DNA of 46,946 nt from an uncultured Thermodesulfobacteriota bacterium (GTDB lineage: Bacteria; Desulfobacterota; B13-G15): assembly GCA_964480925.1 (NCBI GenBank), contig CAYZRR010000039.1, forward strand, positions 1 to 46,946. The letters run 5' to 3'. Position 1 is the first letter of the stretch. Each line of letters opens with the position of its first letter. The translations under genes and the position numbers were made by a program. The notes beneath the pieces are model-generated. The model saw nothing but the letters and a program-made list of their open reading frames with translations. It searched no databases and was not told the DNA's origin. Below are positions 9,508-21,254 of the stretch, piece by piece.

Positions 9508-10248
9508 ATGAAGCCAAAAGTGGCGATATTTGAGTTTGGGTGCTGTGAAGGATGTCAATTGCAACTCGTTAACCTTGAGGAAAAACTTTTGGATTTGGTA
9601 GAGATGGTGGATGTGGTCTCTTGGAGGGAAGCAAGTAGTGAGCATCATGAGGGGCCTTATGATGTGACCTTTGTGGAAGGAACTATCACCAGGGAGGAGG
9701 AGATAGAGAGGTTAAAGAAGATAAGGGAAGATTCCAAGTTCCTTATTGCCCTTGGAGCTTGTGCCCATTTGGGTGGGGTTAACTGCAATAAGAACGTAAT
9801 GGATCAGGAGGAAGTAAGACGGTACGTTTATGGCGATAAGGCCTCTTGGTTTCCTTCCATTTTGGCGAGGCCCTTGAGTGCGGTAGTGAAAGTGGATTAT
9901 GCGATTCCAGGGTGTCCGATTGACAAGGAGGAATTTTTACAGGTAGTAACTGCTCTCCTTTTAGGCAAAGAGGTGAGGTTGCCCAATTATCCTGTATGTG
10001 TGGAGTGTAAGAAGGCCAATAATATATGCGTATTTGAAAAGGGGCTCTTTTGCTTAGGGCCTATTACCAGAGCCGGCTGTGGGGCCAGGTGTCCTTCTTT
10101 TGGCGCCAGATGTATCGGTTGTCGTGGTCTTGTAGATGAACCCAATGTGGAAGCCCATAAGGAAGTGATGACGACTTATGGGCTTGATCTTGAGGATGTT
10201 ATGAAAAAATATAGGCTATTTTGGGGCTATTTGGAGGTGGGGAAATGA
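9508..10248 (+). CDS. hydD: group 3 [NiFe]-hydrogenase small (delta) subunit
   Basis: N-terminal FEFGCCEGCQ plus further Cys clusters (GACAHLGG, PGCP, CVEC, CLGP..AGCGARCP, CIGC), typical of F420-non-reducing/NAD(P)-linked small subunits. Confidence 0.8.
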   Translation: MKPKVAIFEFGCCEGCQLQLVNLEEKLLDLVEMVDVVSWREASSEHHEGPYDVTFVEGTITREEEIERLKKIREDSKFLIALGACAHLGGVNCNKNVMDQEEVRRYVYGDKASWFPSILARPLSAVVKVDYAIPGCPIDKEEFLQVVTALLLGKEVRLPNYPVCVECKKANNICVFEKGLFCLGPITRAGCGARCPSFGARCIGCRGLVDEPNVEAHKEVMTTYGLDLEDVMKKYRLFWGYLEVGK

Positions 10249-11531
10249 ATTTGGAAATAAACGTTCATCATGTCACCAGAGTAGAAGGACATGGTAACAT
10301 CGTAGTTAAGGTTGAAAACGGGCAAATCAAAGAAACGCGCTGGGAAGTGCCTGAAGCTCCTCGCTTTTTTGAGGCCATGGTAAGGGGGCATCATTATTCT
10401 GATGCTCCGTATTTGGTTTCGAGGGTTTGTGGTATATGCAGTATCGCCCATACTTTTGCGGCGCTTCAAGCTATAGAGGATGCTTTGGAGATTGTGCTTG
10501 ACGAAGAGTCTCTCCTTTTAAGGAAGCTTCTGCTTCATGCTGAGACCCTTCAGAGTCACATCCTTCATGTGGGGTATCTGGCTCTGCCTGATTTTTTGGG
10601 AGTTCCCAATGTGATACCCTTAGCAAAAACGCACAAAGATGAACTTCTTACTATAGTGCGTTTACATCGCTTGGCCAACGAAATGAGCGATGCGATTGGT
10701 GGAAGGACTACCCATCCGGTTAATACGGTGGTCGGAGGGTGGACAAAGGTACCCGATCGAGAGGTTTTGAAGCATTTCCAGGTCCGGTTGAGGGAAGCCA
10801 TAAGTGATATCAAGTCTTTAGTGGACTTTTGTACTACCTTAGAGATACCCGATTTTGAAAGGGAGACCGAGTACATTGCCCTTTACGATCCAAACGAATA
10901 TGCCTTTTATGGAGGTCAAATAGCTTCGACTGATGAGGATAAGAAAACACCCCTAAGGGATTATCGTAACAAGATCGAGGAGTTTATCGTCCCTTATTCG
11001 ACGGCTAAAAGGACCAAATCCTTGAGAAGTTCATACATGGTTGGTGCTTTGGCGAGGTTCAATATAAATTACAAGCTCCTTTCGCCATTAGCTCAAGAGT
11101 GCGCGGAAAAGCTAGGACTTAAGCCAAGGTGTTACAATACCTTTATGAACAACATTGCTCAAATAGTCGAGAGCGCTCATGCTATAGAGGAATCGATTCG
11201 TATCATAGATGAGTTGCTGAAAAGGCCACCAAAAGCCAATTGGTATAAAGGGAAAGGGAAACCGGGAAGAGGTGTAGGTGCCGTTGAAGCCCCACGGGGG
11301 TTATTGATTCATGAGTACGTGCTTGACGACGAAGGGAGGGTTAAAGGAGCGAACCTGGTGGTTCCTACCAATGAAAACCACCAAAATATAGAGGAGGATT
11401 TAAAGGCCTATCTGCCCAAATTATTGGGTAAGCCGAAGGAAGAAATCACCCATAAGTTAGAGATGTTGGTAAGAGCTTACGATCCGTGCATCTCTTGTTC
11501 AACCCATCTTTTAAGGATAGAGTGGGAATAA
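10245..11531 (+). CDS. hydA: group 3b [NiFe]-hydrogenase large (alpha) subunit
   Basis: Start moved to ATG 10245 (GGAGGTGGGG RBS, ATGA overlap with the hydD stop). N-terminal Ni-Fe ligand motif RVCGICSIAH and C-terminal DPCISCSTH, followed by the 7-aa tail LLRIEWE. Confidence 0.9.
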   Translation: MNLEINVHHVTRVEGHGNIVVKVENGQIKETRWEVPEAPRFFEAMVRGHHYSDAPYLVSRVCGICSIAHTFAALQAIEDALEIVLDEESLLLRKLLLHAETLQSHILHVGYLALPDFLGVPNVIPLAKTHKDELLTIVRLHRLANEMSDAIGGRTTHPVNTVVGGWTKVPDREVLKHFQVRLREAISDIKSLVDFCTTLEIPDFERETEYIALYDPNEYAFYGGQIASTDEDKKTPLRDYRNKIEEFIVPYSTAKRTKSLRSSYMVGALARFNINYKLLSPLAQECAEKLGLKPRCYNTFMNNIAQIVESAHAIEESIRIIDELLKRPPKANWYKGKGKPGRGVGAVEAPRGLLIHEYVLDDEGRVKGANLVVPTNENHQNIEEDLKAYLPKLLGKPKEEITHKLEMLVRAYDPCISCSTHLLRIEWE

Positions 11532-11540
11532 GTTAAATCG

Positions 11541-11580
11541 AGGGAGAGGGCATTGCAAAAGAAGCCCTCTCCCTTTATCA
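11541..11580 (+). terminator. intrinsic terminator-like hairpin after the hydrogenase operon
   Basis: AGGGAGAGGGC (11541-11551), 12-nt loop, GCCCTCTCCCT (11564-11574): a perfect 11-bp GC-rich stem followed by TTTATCATT. The U-tract is weak. Confidence 0.55.
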
Positions 11581-11588
11581 TTAAGATC

Positions 11589-12212
11589 ATGAAAAAATGG
11601 TACTTTATCCTTGTATTTCTCTTATTTCCCGCCGTTCTTTATGCCCTAAGTGTGGAAGAAGTGGCCGAGAGGTTAGAGCAAAAAGTTTTATCCTCGGGAA
11701 AGATATATATCCAAATGGAAAATACCAGATTTCTTCCTAAAGGTGAGAAGATCGAAATGAAGGGGCTTATTTGGCTACAAATGCCGGATAAATTCCGCAT
11801 GGACATTTTCCCCCCTCACCAGAGCATAACGTTACTTAAGGAAAAGCAATTGTTAATATACTTTCCGCAAGACAAAGTCCTTCAGGTAGTGATGCTTTCA
11901 AAAGATCCCAAGCTCTCCCAGTGGCTCAATTTTCTTCAAAAGCCTTGGGAGGAGATAAAAAGAAGGGGTGTTATTCGGAGTGTGGAGAAAGAAGGGATTC
12001 TGGTGGAGATGGATCCCAAGGATTTGCCGGAACTCGAATCCCTTCGCATCTGGATAGATCAAAACCTTTGGTTTCCGACAAAGATCGAGATGAAGGAAAA
12101 AAACGGGGAGCTTTCCGTTATCAACTACTTAAAAGTTGAGTTTGGGGCCTCTTTCGGAGTTGACATGTTCGAGTTAAAACTTCCTCCTGATGTGCAGGTT
12201 ACTGAACTTTAA
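11589..12212 (+). CDS. LolA-like outer-membrane lipoprotein carrier/sorting family protein (secreted)
   Basis: Start moved to ATG 11589, because the 11553 TTG sits in the terminator loop. Signal peptide MKKWYFILVFLLFPAVLYA. The beta-rich body with a GLIWLQMPDKFRMDI-type segment recalls LolA/LolA-like folds. The call is weak without an HMM search. Confidence 0.5.
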   Translation: MKKWYFILVFLLFPAVLYALSVEEVAERLEQKVLSSGKIYIQMENTRFLPKGEKIEMKGLIWLQMPDKFRMDIFPPHQSITLLKEKQLLIYFPQDKVLQVVMLSKDPKLSQWLNFLQKPWEEIKRRGVIRSVEKEGILVEMDPKDLPELESLRIWIDQNLWFPTKIEMKEKNGELSVINYLKVEFGASFGVDMFELKLPPDVQVTEL

Positions 12213-12828
12213 AAGGCTTTATGATCTTTCACCGTCCATTGGTGATCCTATGCCATATTATCCAGGTGATAAGGCTTTCGAAGCCTTCCCTATTTGTACT
12301 ATAGAGCGTTCAGGCTGTAATATGCACGAATTACACTTGGGGACTCATACCGGAAGTCATGTGGATGCTCCCTTTCATTTTTTAAAAGACGGAAAAACGG
12401 TAGATCAGATTCCTCTTTATCGGTTTATCGAGATGGTCCAAGTTCTGGAGGTTAAAAAGGGCAGAGTCTCCGTAGAAGACCTTTTTTCACTGGAAGAGGA
12501 TATAAGAGGAGTTCTTTTTAAAACCAAAAATTCAGAATATATGAGCTTAAAATCTTTTTATAAAGATTACACCTATTTGACCCTTGAAGCAGCGGAACAT
12601 TTGATAAAGAGAAAAATAAGGCTTATAGGGATCGATTACGTCTCTATTGAGGAATTCGGTACGCCTTCTTTCCAAGTTCATAAAAAACTCCTTGAGGCTG
12701 AGGTAATACTTTTCGAGGGGTTAAACTTAAAAGACGTTCCCCCTGGAAAGTACTTATTTATCGGTTTCCCCTTAAGGCTTAAAGGTATGGATGGTTCTCC
12801 GGTAAGGGCTGTTTTAATAGAGTTTTAA
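12190..12828 (+). CDS. cyclase family protein / kynurenine formamidase-like metal hydrolase
   Basis: HLGTHTGSHVDAPFHF matches the HxGTHxDxPxH cyclase motif. The N-terminal LYDLSPSI aligns with the usual IDLSHPI start, so the 12190 ATG (23-nt overlap with the upstream gene) is kept. Confidence 0.75.
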   Translation: MCRLLNFKRLYDLSPSIGDPMPYYPGDKAFEAFPICTIERSGCNMHELHLGTHTGSHVDAPFHFLKDGKTVDQIPLYRFIEMVQVLEVKKGRVSVEDLFSLEEDIRGVLFKTKNSEYMSLKSFYKDYTYLTLEAAEHLIKRKIRLIGIDYVSIEEFGTPSFQVHKKLLEAEVILFEGLNLKDVPPGKYLFIGFPLRLKGMDGSPVRAVLIEF

Positions 12829-13394
12829 TCCCTTCTCACCCTTTCCACGTATTCACCCGTGCGGGTATCCACCTTTACGACATCACCCTCTTGGATAAAT
12901 AGAGGAACTTGGATAACGGCTCCTGTTTCCAAAGTGGCGGGCTTCGACCCACCTTGTGCAGTATCGCCTTTTATGCCAGGAGTAGTGCTTATGACTTTTA
13001 ACTCCACGAAATTAGGTAGTTCCACCCCAATGGGTTTCCCTTTATAAAAGAGGATTTTTACCATGGAATTTTCGGGCATGAAATTTTCGGCTTCACCTAA
13101 TTGTTGTCGGGTGAGACTTAACTCCTCGTAAGTCTCAAGATCTAAAAAATGAAAGGAATCGCCTTCCTTATACAGAAACTGGACCTCTTTTTCCTCCAAT
13201 TCGGGTTCGTTAAAAGTTTCTCCTATGCGAAAGTTCTTTTCCAAAACCCTTCCGGAGACGAGGCTCTTTATTTTAGTTCGAACAAAAGCCTGGCCTTTGC
13301 CAGGTTTGACGTGTAAAAAGTCCACTATTACGTAAGGTTCTCCTTCCACTTCGATCTTTAAACCCTTCCTAAAATCCGAAGTGGAGATCGCCAT
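12825..13394 (-). CDS. efp: translation elongation factor P
   Basis: 189 aa with the KPGKGQAFVRTK loop carrying the conserved Lys (K33). Three-domain EF-P length and pattern. Confidence 0.95.
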   Translation of the reverse strand: MAISTSDFRKGLKIEVEGEPYVIVDFLHVKPGKGQAFVRTKIKSLVSGRVLEKNFRIGETFNEPELEEKEVQFLYKEGDSFHFLDLETYEELSLTRQQLGEAENFMPENSMVKILFYKGKPIGVELPNFVELKVISTTPGIKGDTAQGGSKPATLETGAVIQVPLFIQEGDVVKVDTRTGEYVERVRRD

Positions 13395-13403
13395 TTTGCC
13401 TCC

Positions 13404-15918
<2,515 letters not shown>

Positions 15919-15956
15919 TTAATGCTAACAAAATCCCTCCTTTGGGTCAATGTAGG

Positions 15957-15986
15957 TTGACAAAAGGATGGTTCCCGCTTAAAAAT
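15957..15986 (+). promoter_or_regulatory. candidate sigma70-type promoter placing the transcription start at or next to the start codon (possible leaderless mRNA)
   Basis: Perfect TTGACA at 15957-15962. A 17/18-nt spacer precedes TAAAAA/AAAAAT (15980-15986). The GTG at 15990 and ATG at 15993 follow 4-7 nt later, and no Shine-Dalgarno is present. Confidence 0.3.
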
Positions 15987-15989
15987 TAA

Positions 15990-16934
15990 GTGATGGAGAA
16001 AGCGCGCTTCAAAAGGCCTGATATTATACGTCCCCCCAGTGAGTGGAGAAGCTATTATTTGCCTTTAACAAGGGGATGTTCCAATCATTCTTGTACTTTT
16101 TGTAATTATTATGGCCAAAAGCTGTCATTAAGGGATTTGGAAGATGCATTAAAGGAGATTGACGCACTTTACATGTTCAAAAAATATGGAATAGTGTTTT
16201 CTGAGATTGATTCGATTGTTTATTATTTGGCCAGTGAATGGGACGGCAAGAGAATTTTTTTGCAAGATGGAGATGCTTTAGTTTATCCTTACGATAGATT
16301 AGTTAAAGTGCTTGAATATTTGAATGAAAAATTTCCCGAACTTGAACGTATAGGCGCTTATGCTACTCCTCAAGATATATTAAGGAGGAGTGTGGAAGAA
16401 TTAAGGAGACTGAAAGAATTAAAGCTCAGCATATTGTATGTAGGTCTTGAGAGCGGATCGGATGAGATTTTGAGGGAAGTTAAGAAGGGAGTTACTTCTT
16501 CTCAGATGATCGAGGCTGCGAAAAGAGTTAAAGAAGCCGGTATCACACTTTCGGTGACTCTTATTTTAGGGCTTGGAGGAGTGGAAAAAAGCGAAGAACA
16601 CGCTTATAAGACTGCGGAGGTATTATCCCAGATGGATCCAGAATATGCGGGTGCTTTAACTTTATTATTTGTCCCTGGTACTCCTCTTTACCGGGACTGG
16701 AAAGAAGGGCGATTTAAACCAATTGATCCCTTTAGGTCGTTAGAAGAACTAAAGATCATAGTAGAAAATTCCAATTTTACTAACTGTTTCTTTAGTTCAA
16801 TGCACGCGTCCAATTATGTGGCTATAAGAGGTTTTTTGCCAAAGGACAAGGAAAAGATGTTAAAACAACTGGACAATATCCTTCGACAGAAAGACACCTC
16901 GTTTTTGAGGCCGGAGTTTTTGCGAGCCCTTTAA
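15990..16934 (+). CDS. radical SAM protein with a non-canonical CX4CX2C cluster motif, function unknown
   Basis: [15 protein letters not shown], checked at the DNA level: tgt tcc aat cat tct tgt act ttt tgt. The downstream [10 protein letters not shown] and TLILGLGG segments are typical of the radical SAM TIM barrel. The start could be GTG 15990 or ATG 15993. Confidence 0.7.
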   Translation: MMEKARFKRPDIIRPPSEWRSYYLPLTRGCSNHSCTFCNYYGQKLSLRDLEDALKEIDALYMFKKYGIVFSEIDSIVYYLASEWDGKRIFLQDGDALVYPYDRLVKVLEYLNEKFPELERIGAYATPQDILRRSVEELRRLKELKLSILYVGLESGSDEILREVKKGVTSSQMIEAAKRVKEAGITLSVTLILGLGGVEKSEEHAYKTAEVLSQMDPEYAGALTLLFVPGTPLYRDWKEGRFKPIDPFRSLEELKIIVENSNFTNCFFSSMHASNYVAIRGFLPKDKEKMLKQLDNILRQKDTSFLRPEFLRAL

Positions 16935-16972
16935 GCTTGACGCCTTCCGGTTTTTTTCTTAATCTTCTTTCC

Positions 16973-18409
16973 ATGATCGAATACGAGCCGGTAATAGGAT
17001 TAGAAGTTCACGTACAGCTTCAGACGCAAAGCAAGATCTTTTGTGGTTGTTCGACTACTTTTGGATCAGAGCCCAATACTCAGGCGTGTCCCGTATGTAT
17101 GGGAATGCCTGGTACTTTGCCCGTGTTAAACAAAAAGGCCGTAGAATATGCCCTTCGATTGGCCCTTGCTGCCAATTGTAAAATAGCTCCCTTTAGCCTT
17201 TTTGCCAGGAAAAACTATTTTTATCCGGATCTTCCCAAAGGGTATCAGATTTCGCAATACGAATTGCCTTTAGCTACTGGTGGGTGGATTGAGATCCCCG
17301 ATGGTGAAGGGGGGATAAAAAAGGTAGGCATAATAAGGATCCATCTCGAAGAGGATGCGGGCAAGTTGATCCACGGAGAAGGCGAGCAATTCAGCTATGT
17401 GGACTTCAATAGGGCTGGAGTTCCATTAGTGGAGATTGTTACGGCTCCTGATATCCGTTCACCAAAAGAAGCGGTGGAATTTTTGAAAATGTTAAGAACC
17501 ATATTGCGGTATTTAGAGATTTCGGATGGGGATATGGAAAAGGGCAATTTAAGATGTGATGCTAATGTCTCGGTGAGACCTCGAGGAACAAACCTTTTGG
17601 GAACAAGAACCGAAATCAAGAACATGAATTCCTTCCGTCATGTGGAAAGGGCCCTTTCTTATGAGATACAGAGGCAAATTGAGACCCTTCTAGAAGGAAA
17701 GGAGGTCATCCAGGAGACGCGGTTATGGGATCCTCAGCGAGGAATGACCATACCTATGCGCACTAAGGAAGAGGCCCATGACTATCGATATTTCCCCGAA
17801 CCGGATCTGGTTCCACTTGAGATAAAGGAAGAGTGGTTGGAAAAGATAAAAGCAGAATTGCCAGAACTTCCTCTGGAAAGACGTCAAAGGTTTGTAGAGC
17901 AGTATCTTCTTCCCGAATACGATGCTACGGTCTTAACTTCTTCCAAAGCGTTGGCCGATTTATACGAAAATTGCGTAAGCCTTTTCCCAGATCCCAAACA
18001 GGTAAGCAATTGGATAACCACGGAACTCTTAAGGCTTTTAAATGAGACGGGGAAAGACCCAGAAGAGTGTCCAATTGGAGCGGAGAATTTGGCTGAATTG
18101 CTCTCTCTCATAAAAGACGGCACTATAAGCGGAAAAATAGGAAAAGAAGTCTTGGAAGAGATGTTCTTAACTGGTAAAAGCGCAAAGCAAATAGTCAGGG
18201 AAAAGGGACTCGAACAAATAACAGATGAAGATTATTTAATGAGCATAATCAATGAAATACTTCAAGCTCATCCTAAGGAAGTCGAAGAATACCGAAAAGG
18301 CAAAGAAAAATTACTCGGATTTTTCGTGGGACAAGTGATGAAAAAAACCCAAGGAAAAGCCAATCCTCAACTCACAAATAAATTGTTGCTAAAGCTATTG
18401 AGGGGGTAA
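16973..18409 (+). CDS. gatB: Asp-tRNA(Asn)/Glu-tRNA(Gln) amidotransferase subunit B
   Basis: Start moved to ATG 16973, giving [16 protein letters not shown]. GatB core and a C-terminal GatB/YqeY domain ([17 protein letters not shown]). Confidence 0.9.
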   Translation: MIEYEPVIGLEVHVQLQTQSKIFCGCSTTFGSEPNTQACPVCMGMPGTLPVLNKKAVEYALRLALAANCKIAPFSLFARKNYFYPDLPKGYQISQYELPLATGGWIEIPDGEGGIKKVGIIRIHLEEDAGKLIHGEGEQFSYVDFNRAGVPLVEIVTAPDIRSPKEAVEFLKMLRTILRYLEISDGDMEKGNLRCDANVSVRPRGTNLLGTRTEIKNMNSFRHVERALSYEIQRQIETLLEGKEVIQETRLWDPQRGMTIPMRTKEEAHDYRYFPEPDLVPLEIKEEWLEKIKAELPELPLERRQRFVEQYLLPEYDATVLTSSKALADLYENCVSLFPDPKQVSNWITTELLRLLNETGKDPEECPIGAENLAELLSLIKDGTISGKIGKEVLEEMFLTGKSAKQIVREKGLEQITDEDYLMSIINEILQAHPKEVEEYRKGKEKLLGFFVGQVMKKTQGKANPQLTNKLLLKLLRG

Positions 18410-18412
18410 ATT

Positions 18413-18910
18413 ATGGAAATATTGTGGGCACCTTGGCGTATGGAGTATATCTTATCGGATAAGCCTGAAGGGTGTGTTTTTTGTAAATGTGTTAAAACTG
18501 GTGATCATAAACAAAGTTTTTTGCTTTATTCTTCACAATACTGCTTTGTTGTGTTAAATCGTTTTCCTTACAATAATGGGCATTTAATGGTAATTCCTAA
18601 TAGACATGTTTCAGAGATTGAGGACTTAACGTCAGAAGAGTTGTCGGATTTAATACAAACAATAAAATTGTGCGTTGTAGTATTAAAAAAAGCGCTTTCC
18701 CCACATGGATTTAATATAGGTGCAAATTTAGGAAAAACGGCTGGAGCGGGGATAGTTGATCATTTGCACTTTCATATAGTACCCCGTTGGGAGGGAGATA
18801 CCAATTATATGCCGGTAATAGGAAATACAAAGGTCATGCCTGAGGTTCTGGAAAAGACTTATGAGAAGCTTTTGCCCTTTTTTAAGGAAAAGGAGGATAA
18901 GTCACTATGA
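18413..18910 (+). CDS. HIT family nucleotide hydrolase/phosphorylase
   Basis: Histidine triad HLHFHIVPRW, with NRFPYNNGHLMVIP upstream. Confidence 0.8.
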   Translation: MEILWAPWRMEYILSDKPEGCVFCKCVKTGDHKQSFLLYSSQYCFVVLNRFPYNNGHLMVIPNRHVSEIEDLTSEELSDLIQTIKLCVVVLKKALSPHGFNIGANLGKTAGAGIVDHLHFHIVPRWEGDTNYMPVIGNTKVMPEVLEKTYEKLLPFFKEKEDKSL

Positions 18911-19176
18911 CGTTTATTAAGCTTCTTATAGCTGCCTTTTTTTGTTTTTTGGCAATTACGTTTGCCTATCAAAACGATTTTAACGTGACAATAAAATATT
19001 GGGGTATAACTGAAGGCATAGAGGTTCCCTTTTTTGTTACGATAGTGGTGAGCTTCTTTTCGGGGTTAATAATAGGAGGAATAGGTGGGCTTATTAACGA
19101 CTTTTTGTTAAAAAGGGAGATAGCCAGGTTAAGAAAAGAGATTCAAAGTTCTGAGGGTGAAAAAGGGATTCAATGA
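18907..19176 (+). CDS. LapA-domain (DUF1049) small inner-membrane protein
   Basis: 89 aa with two predicted TM helices and a charged C-terminal helix (LKREIARLRKEI). ATGA overlap with both neighbours. Confidence 0.6.
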   Translation: MTFIKLLIAAFFCFLAITFAYQNDFNVTIKYWGITEGIEVPFFVTIVVSFFSGLIIGGIGGLINDFLLKREIARLRKEIQSSEGEKGIQ

Positions 19177-19937
19177 TATTTTTTGATCCCGAATCGGAGT
19201 CCCTTTTGCTGCCAGAAAAATTGGTGTTTTCTTTAACCGTAGGTGGTTTAAATAGTCATTTATTAAGTGTTAAGGAAAAGGTACTACTTCTTTTTTTGAA
19301 AAGGGATCTTAAAAGGGTTGTAAAATTCGGTGGTGGTAAGCTTCATCTTGCTTGGAAGCCTTATAGAACGGTTTATCAATGTGAGAACTTCACCGTTGCC
19401 CTTTCTCCTTTTGGGGCCCCCAATGCGGTAGCTTTAGCGGAGGAGCTTTATGCCTTTGGTGGCAGGGTATTTTTGGTCTTCGGGTACTGTGGATCTTTAA
19501 GCCCAGAGCTTCGAGGAGGTGACCTTTTCTTACCCCAGATGGCTATCAGAGAAGAGGGAACCTCTTACCATTACCTTCCTCCAGAAGAGATGGCGGAAGG
19601 AAGCGAGGGACTTGTAGACTTTTTATACGATTTTTTTCAAAAAAAGGGATTTTCCGTTAAAAAGGGTGTAATCTGGACCACCGATGCTATTTATAGGGAA
19701 ACCAAAAGAAAAATAGAAAAATATTGTTCCGAAGGATGTATGGCTGTAGATATGGAGACTTCAGCCATGTTTTGCTGGGGTAAGGCCAAAAACGTACATG
19801 TTGCATCCCTTCTTATGGTAAGCGATGGCTTTATTGATGGGAAATGGCAACCTTTTTTCAAAAACGGTTCGTTTATTCTAAAGAGAAAAAAAATATTAAA
19901 AGCTCTCACTGAAGCTTACAGTTCGTTAAAAATATAA
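19173..19937 (+). CDS. PNP/UDP family nucleoside phosphorylase
   Basis: VFGYCGSL, REEGTSYHY and MAVDMETSAMF segments are typical of the PNP_UDP_1 fold. The substrate cannot be assigned. Confidence 0.65.
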   Translation: MIFFDPESESLLLPEKLVFSLTVGGLNSHLLSVKEKVLLLFLKRDLKRVVKFGGGKLHLAWKPYRTVYQCENFTVALSPFGAPNAVALAEELYAFGGRVFLVFGYCGSLSPELRGGDLFLPQMAIREEGTSYHYLPPEEMAEGSEGLVDFLYDFFQKKGFSVKKGVIWTTDAIYRETKRKIEKYCSEGCMAVDMETSAMFCWGKAKNVHVASLLMVSDGFIDGKWQPFFKNGSFILKRKKILKALTEAYSSLKI

Positions 19938-19985
19938 GCACAGGAAGGAGTTTTGTTCCTTCCTGTGCTTTAGATTTGTTTTTAC
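19938..19985. terminator. bidirectional intrinsic terminator between convergent genes
   Basis: GCACAGGAAGGA (19938-19949) pairs perfectly with TCCTTCCTGTGC (19957-19968) over a 7-nt loop. It is followed by TTTAGATTTGTTTTT on the plus strand and by TTATATTTTT on the minus strand. Confidence 0.85.
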
Positions 19986-19992
19986 AATCAAT

Positions 19993-20430
19993 TTACTTTT
20001 CAATTTGAATCTTGATCTCTTTCTCTTTTGCCTTTTCTACTTTAGGTAAAACGATTTTCAATACTCCATCTTTGTAAGTAGCTTTCACGTTATTTTCGTC
20101 AAAATCTACCGGTAACCTGATTGATCTCGTGAAAGCTCCATATGAACGTTCAATCAAGTGGTACCGTTCGTCTTTCCTTTCGTGTTTCTTTTCTCCTTTA
20201 ATGGTAAGTATACCGTTAGCTACTGTTACTTCCACATTTGATGGATCAACACCGGGCAATTCAGCAGTTACGATTATCTCATCCTTGGTCTCTGCTACAT
20301 CAAGAGGAGGTATCCACTCAGCTCCTACTTCCTGTATTGGAGATTCTCCAAAGAATCTTTCCCACATACGATCCATTTCACGTTTTAAAGTTTCAATTTC
20401 AGCCCATGGCCTCCACTTTATTAATGCCAT
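19993..20430 (-). CDS. Hsp20/alpha-crystallin small heat-shock protein
   Basis: 145 aa. Alpha-crystallin domain (AELPGVDPSNVEVTV, GAFTRSIRLP, YKDGVLKIVLPK). GGAGGTG RBS. Confidence 0.9.
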   Translation of the reverse strand: MALIKWRPWAEIETLKREMDRMWERFFGESPIQEVGAEWIPPLDVAETKDEIIVTAELPGVDPSNVEVTVANGILTIKGEKKHERKDERYHLIERSYGAFTRSIRLPVDFDENNVKATYKDGVLKIVLPKVEKAKEKEIKIQIEK

Positions 20431-20555
20431 TTATATCACCTCCTTTCTTTCAATTTGATTTACTTTCCTATGAAAAAGGTAAACATTAGCGATTTTGTTT
20501 CAAGTTCAATTATGCCTTTACTCTTTTTTGTTTTTTGCGTTAAATTGGTAAACTG

Positions 20556-21254
20556 ATGATAGGGGTAATAGGGGGGGCTTCCTTATTAATAGCAGGGGAT
20601 TGTGAGGAAGAGCTTTTTTTCCATACTCCCTTTGGTGAACCTTCTTCTTCGATCAAGATCGTTAACTTAAAAGGGAAGAGGTTTGCCTTTCTTCAAAGAC
20701 ATGGGCCCGAGGGGAAGATACCTCCTCACCGGATAAATCATCGCGCCAATGTGGAGGTCCTTTTTTCTTTGGGCGTAAGGAAGGTCATAGGGGTTAATTC
20801 GGTAGGGAGTTTAAAAAGGGAGATACCCCCTGGTTCCATGGTAGTGCCTCATGATTTTTTGTGTCCTTGGTCGGTTTTGACCTTTTTTGATGATAAGGCC
20901 TTTCACGTTTTGCCCTCGTTGGACGAAGGGTTGAGAAAAGCCTTGATTGAAGCCTGTAAGAGAAACGGCTTTTCGGTTTTTGAAAGGGGCGTTTACGTTC
21001 AGACAATCGGTCCGAGGCTTGAGACTAAAGCAGAGGTTTTGTTTTTGAGCAGATTAGGGGATGTGGTGGGTATGACTATGGCTCATGAGGCCACCTTGTG
21101 TTGTGAGAGGGGTATACCCTACGCGAGCCTTTGTACAGTTGATAATTACGCTCACGGGATAGGAGAGGAGGCTTTGAGTCAGGATAAGATAAAGGAAATG
21201 GCTCAAAAGAACGCCGAAAAAGTAATAAAAGTCCTTGAGGAGTTGGAATTATGA
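20556..21254 (+). CDS. MTAP-family purine nucleoside phosphorylase (methylthioadenosine/methylthioinosine phosphorylase-like), short form
   Basis: IGVIGGASL, TPFGEPS, FLQRHG, PHRINHRAN, GVNSVGSL and GMTMAHEA are colinear with MTAP/PNP family II. Confidence 0.8.
   Translation: MIGVIGGASLLIAGDCEEELFFHTPFGEPSSSIKIVNLKGKRFAFLQRHGPEGKIPPHRINHRANVEVLFSLGVRKVIGVNSVGSLKREIPPGSMVVPHDFLCPWSVLTFFDDKAFHVLPSLDEGLRKALIEACKRNGFSVFERGVYVQTIGPRLETKAEVLFLSRLGDVVGMTMAHEATLCCERGIPYASLCTVDNYAHGIGEEALSQDKIKEMAQKNAEKVIKVLEELEL

Noticed and set aside
11481-11507. Possible selenocysteine in the hydrogenase large subunit C-terminal motif
   Set aside because: Both ligand codons are ordinary Cys codons (tgc, tgt) in DPCISCSTH. 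No gene in the window has an in-frame TGA, apart from the prfB frameshift stop.
11553-11588. TTG start at 11553 for the LolA-like ORF
   Set aside because: This TTG lies in the loop of the hydrogenase terminator hairpin. The ATG at 11589 starts a clean signal peptide.
12190-12212. Recurrence of exactly 23-nt gene overlaps (12190-12212, 23493-23515, 24420-24442, 46070-46092)
   Set aside because: The four overlapping sequences show no similarity to each other. Overlap lengths across the window vary (4, 11, 17, 20, 23, 28, 37, 44 nt), so this is most likely coincidence.
16935-16972. T7 run (16951-16957) between the radical SAM gene and gatB as a terminator
   Set aside because: The only complementary arms (CCGGA/TCCGG) enclose a ~29-nt loop, and there is no stable GC-rich hairpin directly before the T run.
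20431-20555. Heat-shock control element upstream of hsp20 (CIRCE, HAIR, sigma32 or sigma54 promoter)
   Set aside because: I found no TTAGCACTC-N9-GAGTGCTAA-like inverted repeat and no CTTGAA/CCCCAT pair at proper spacing. The GG-N10-GC check failed (GG...CT). There are only loose TTGAA repeats.
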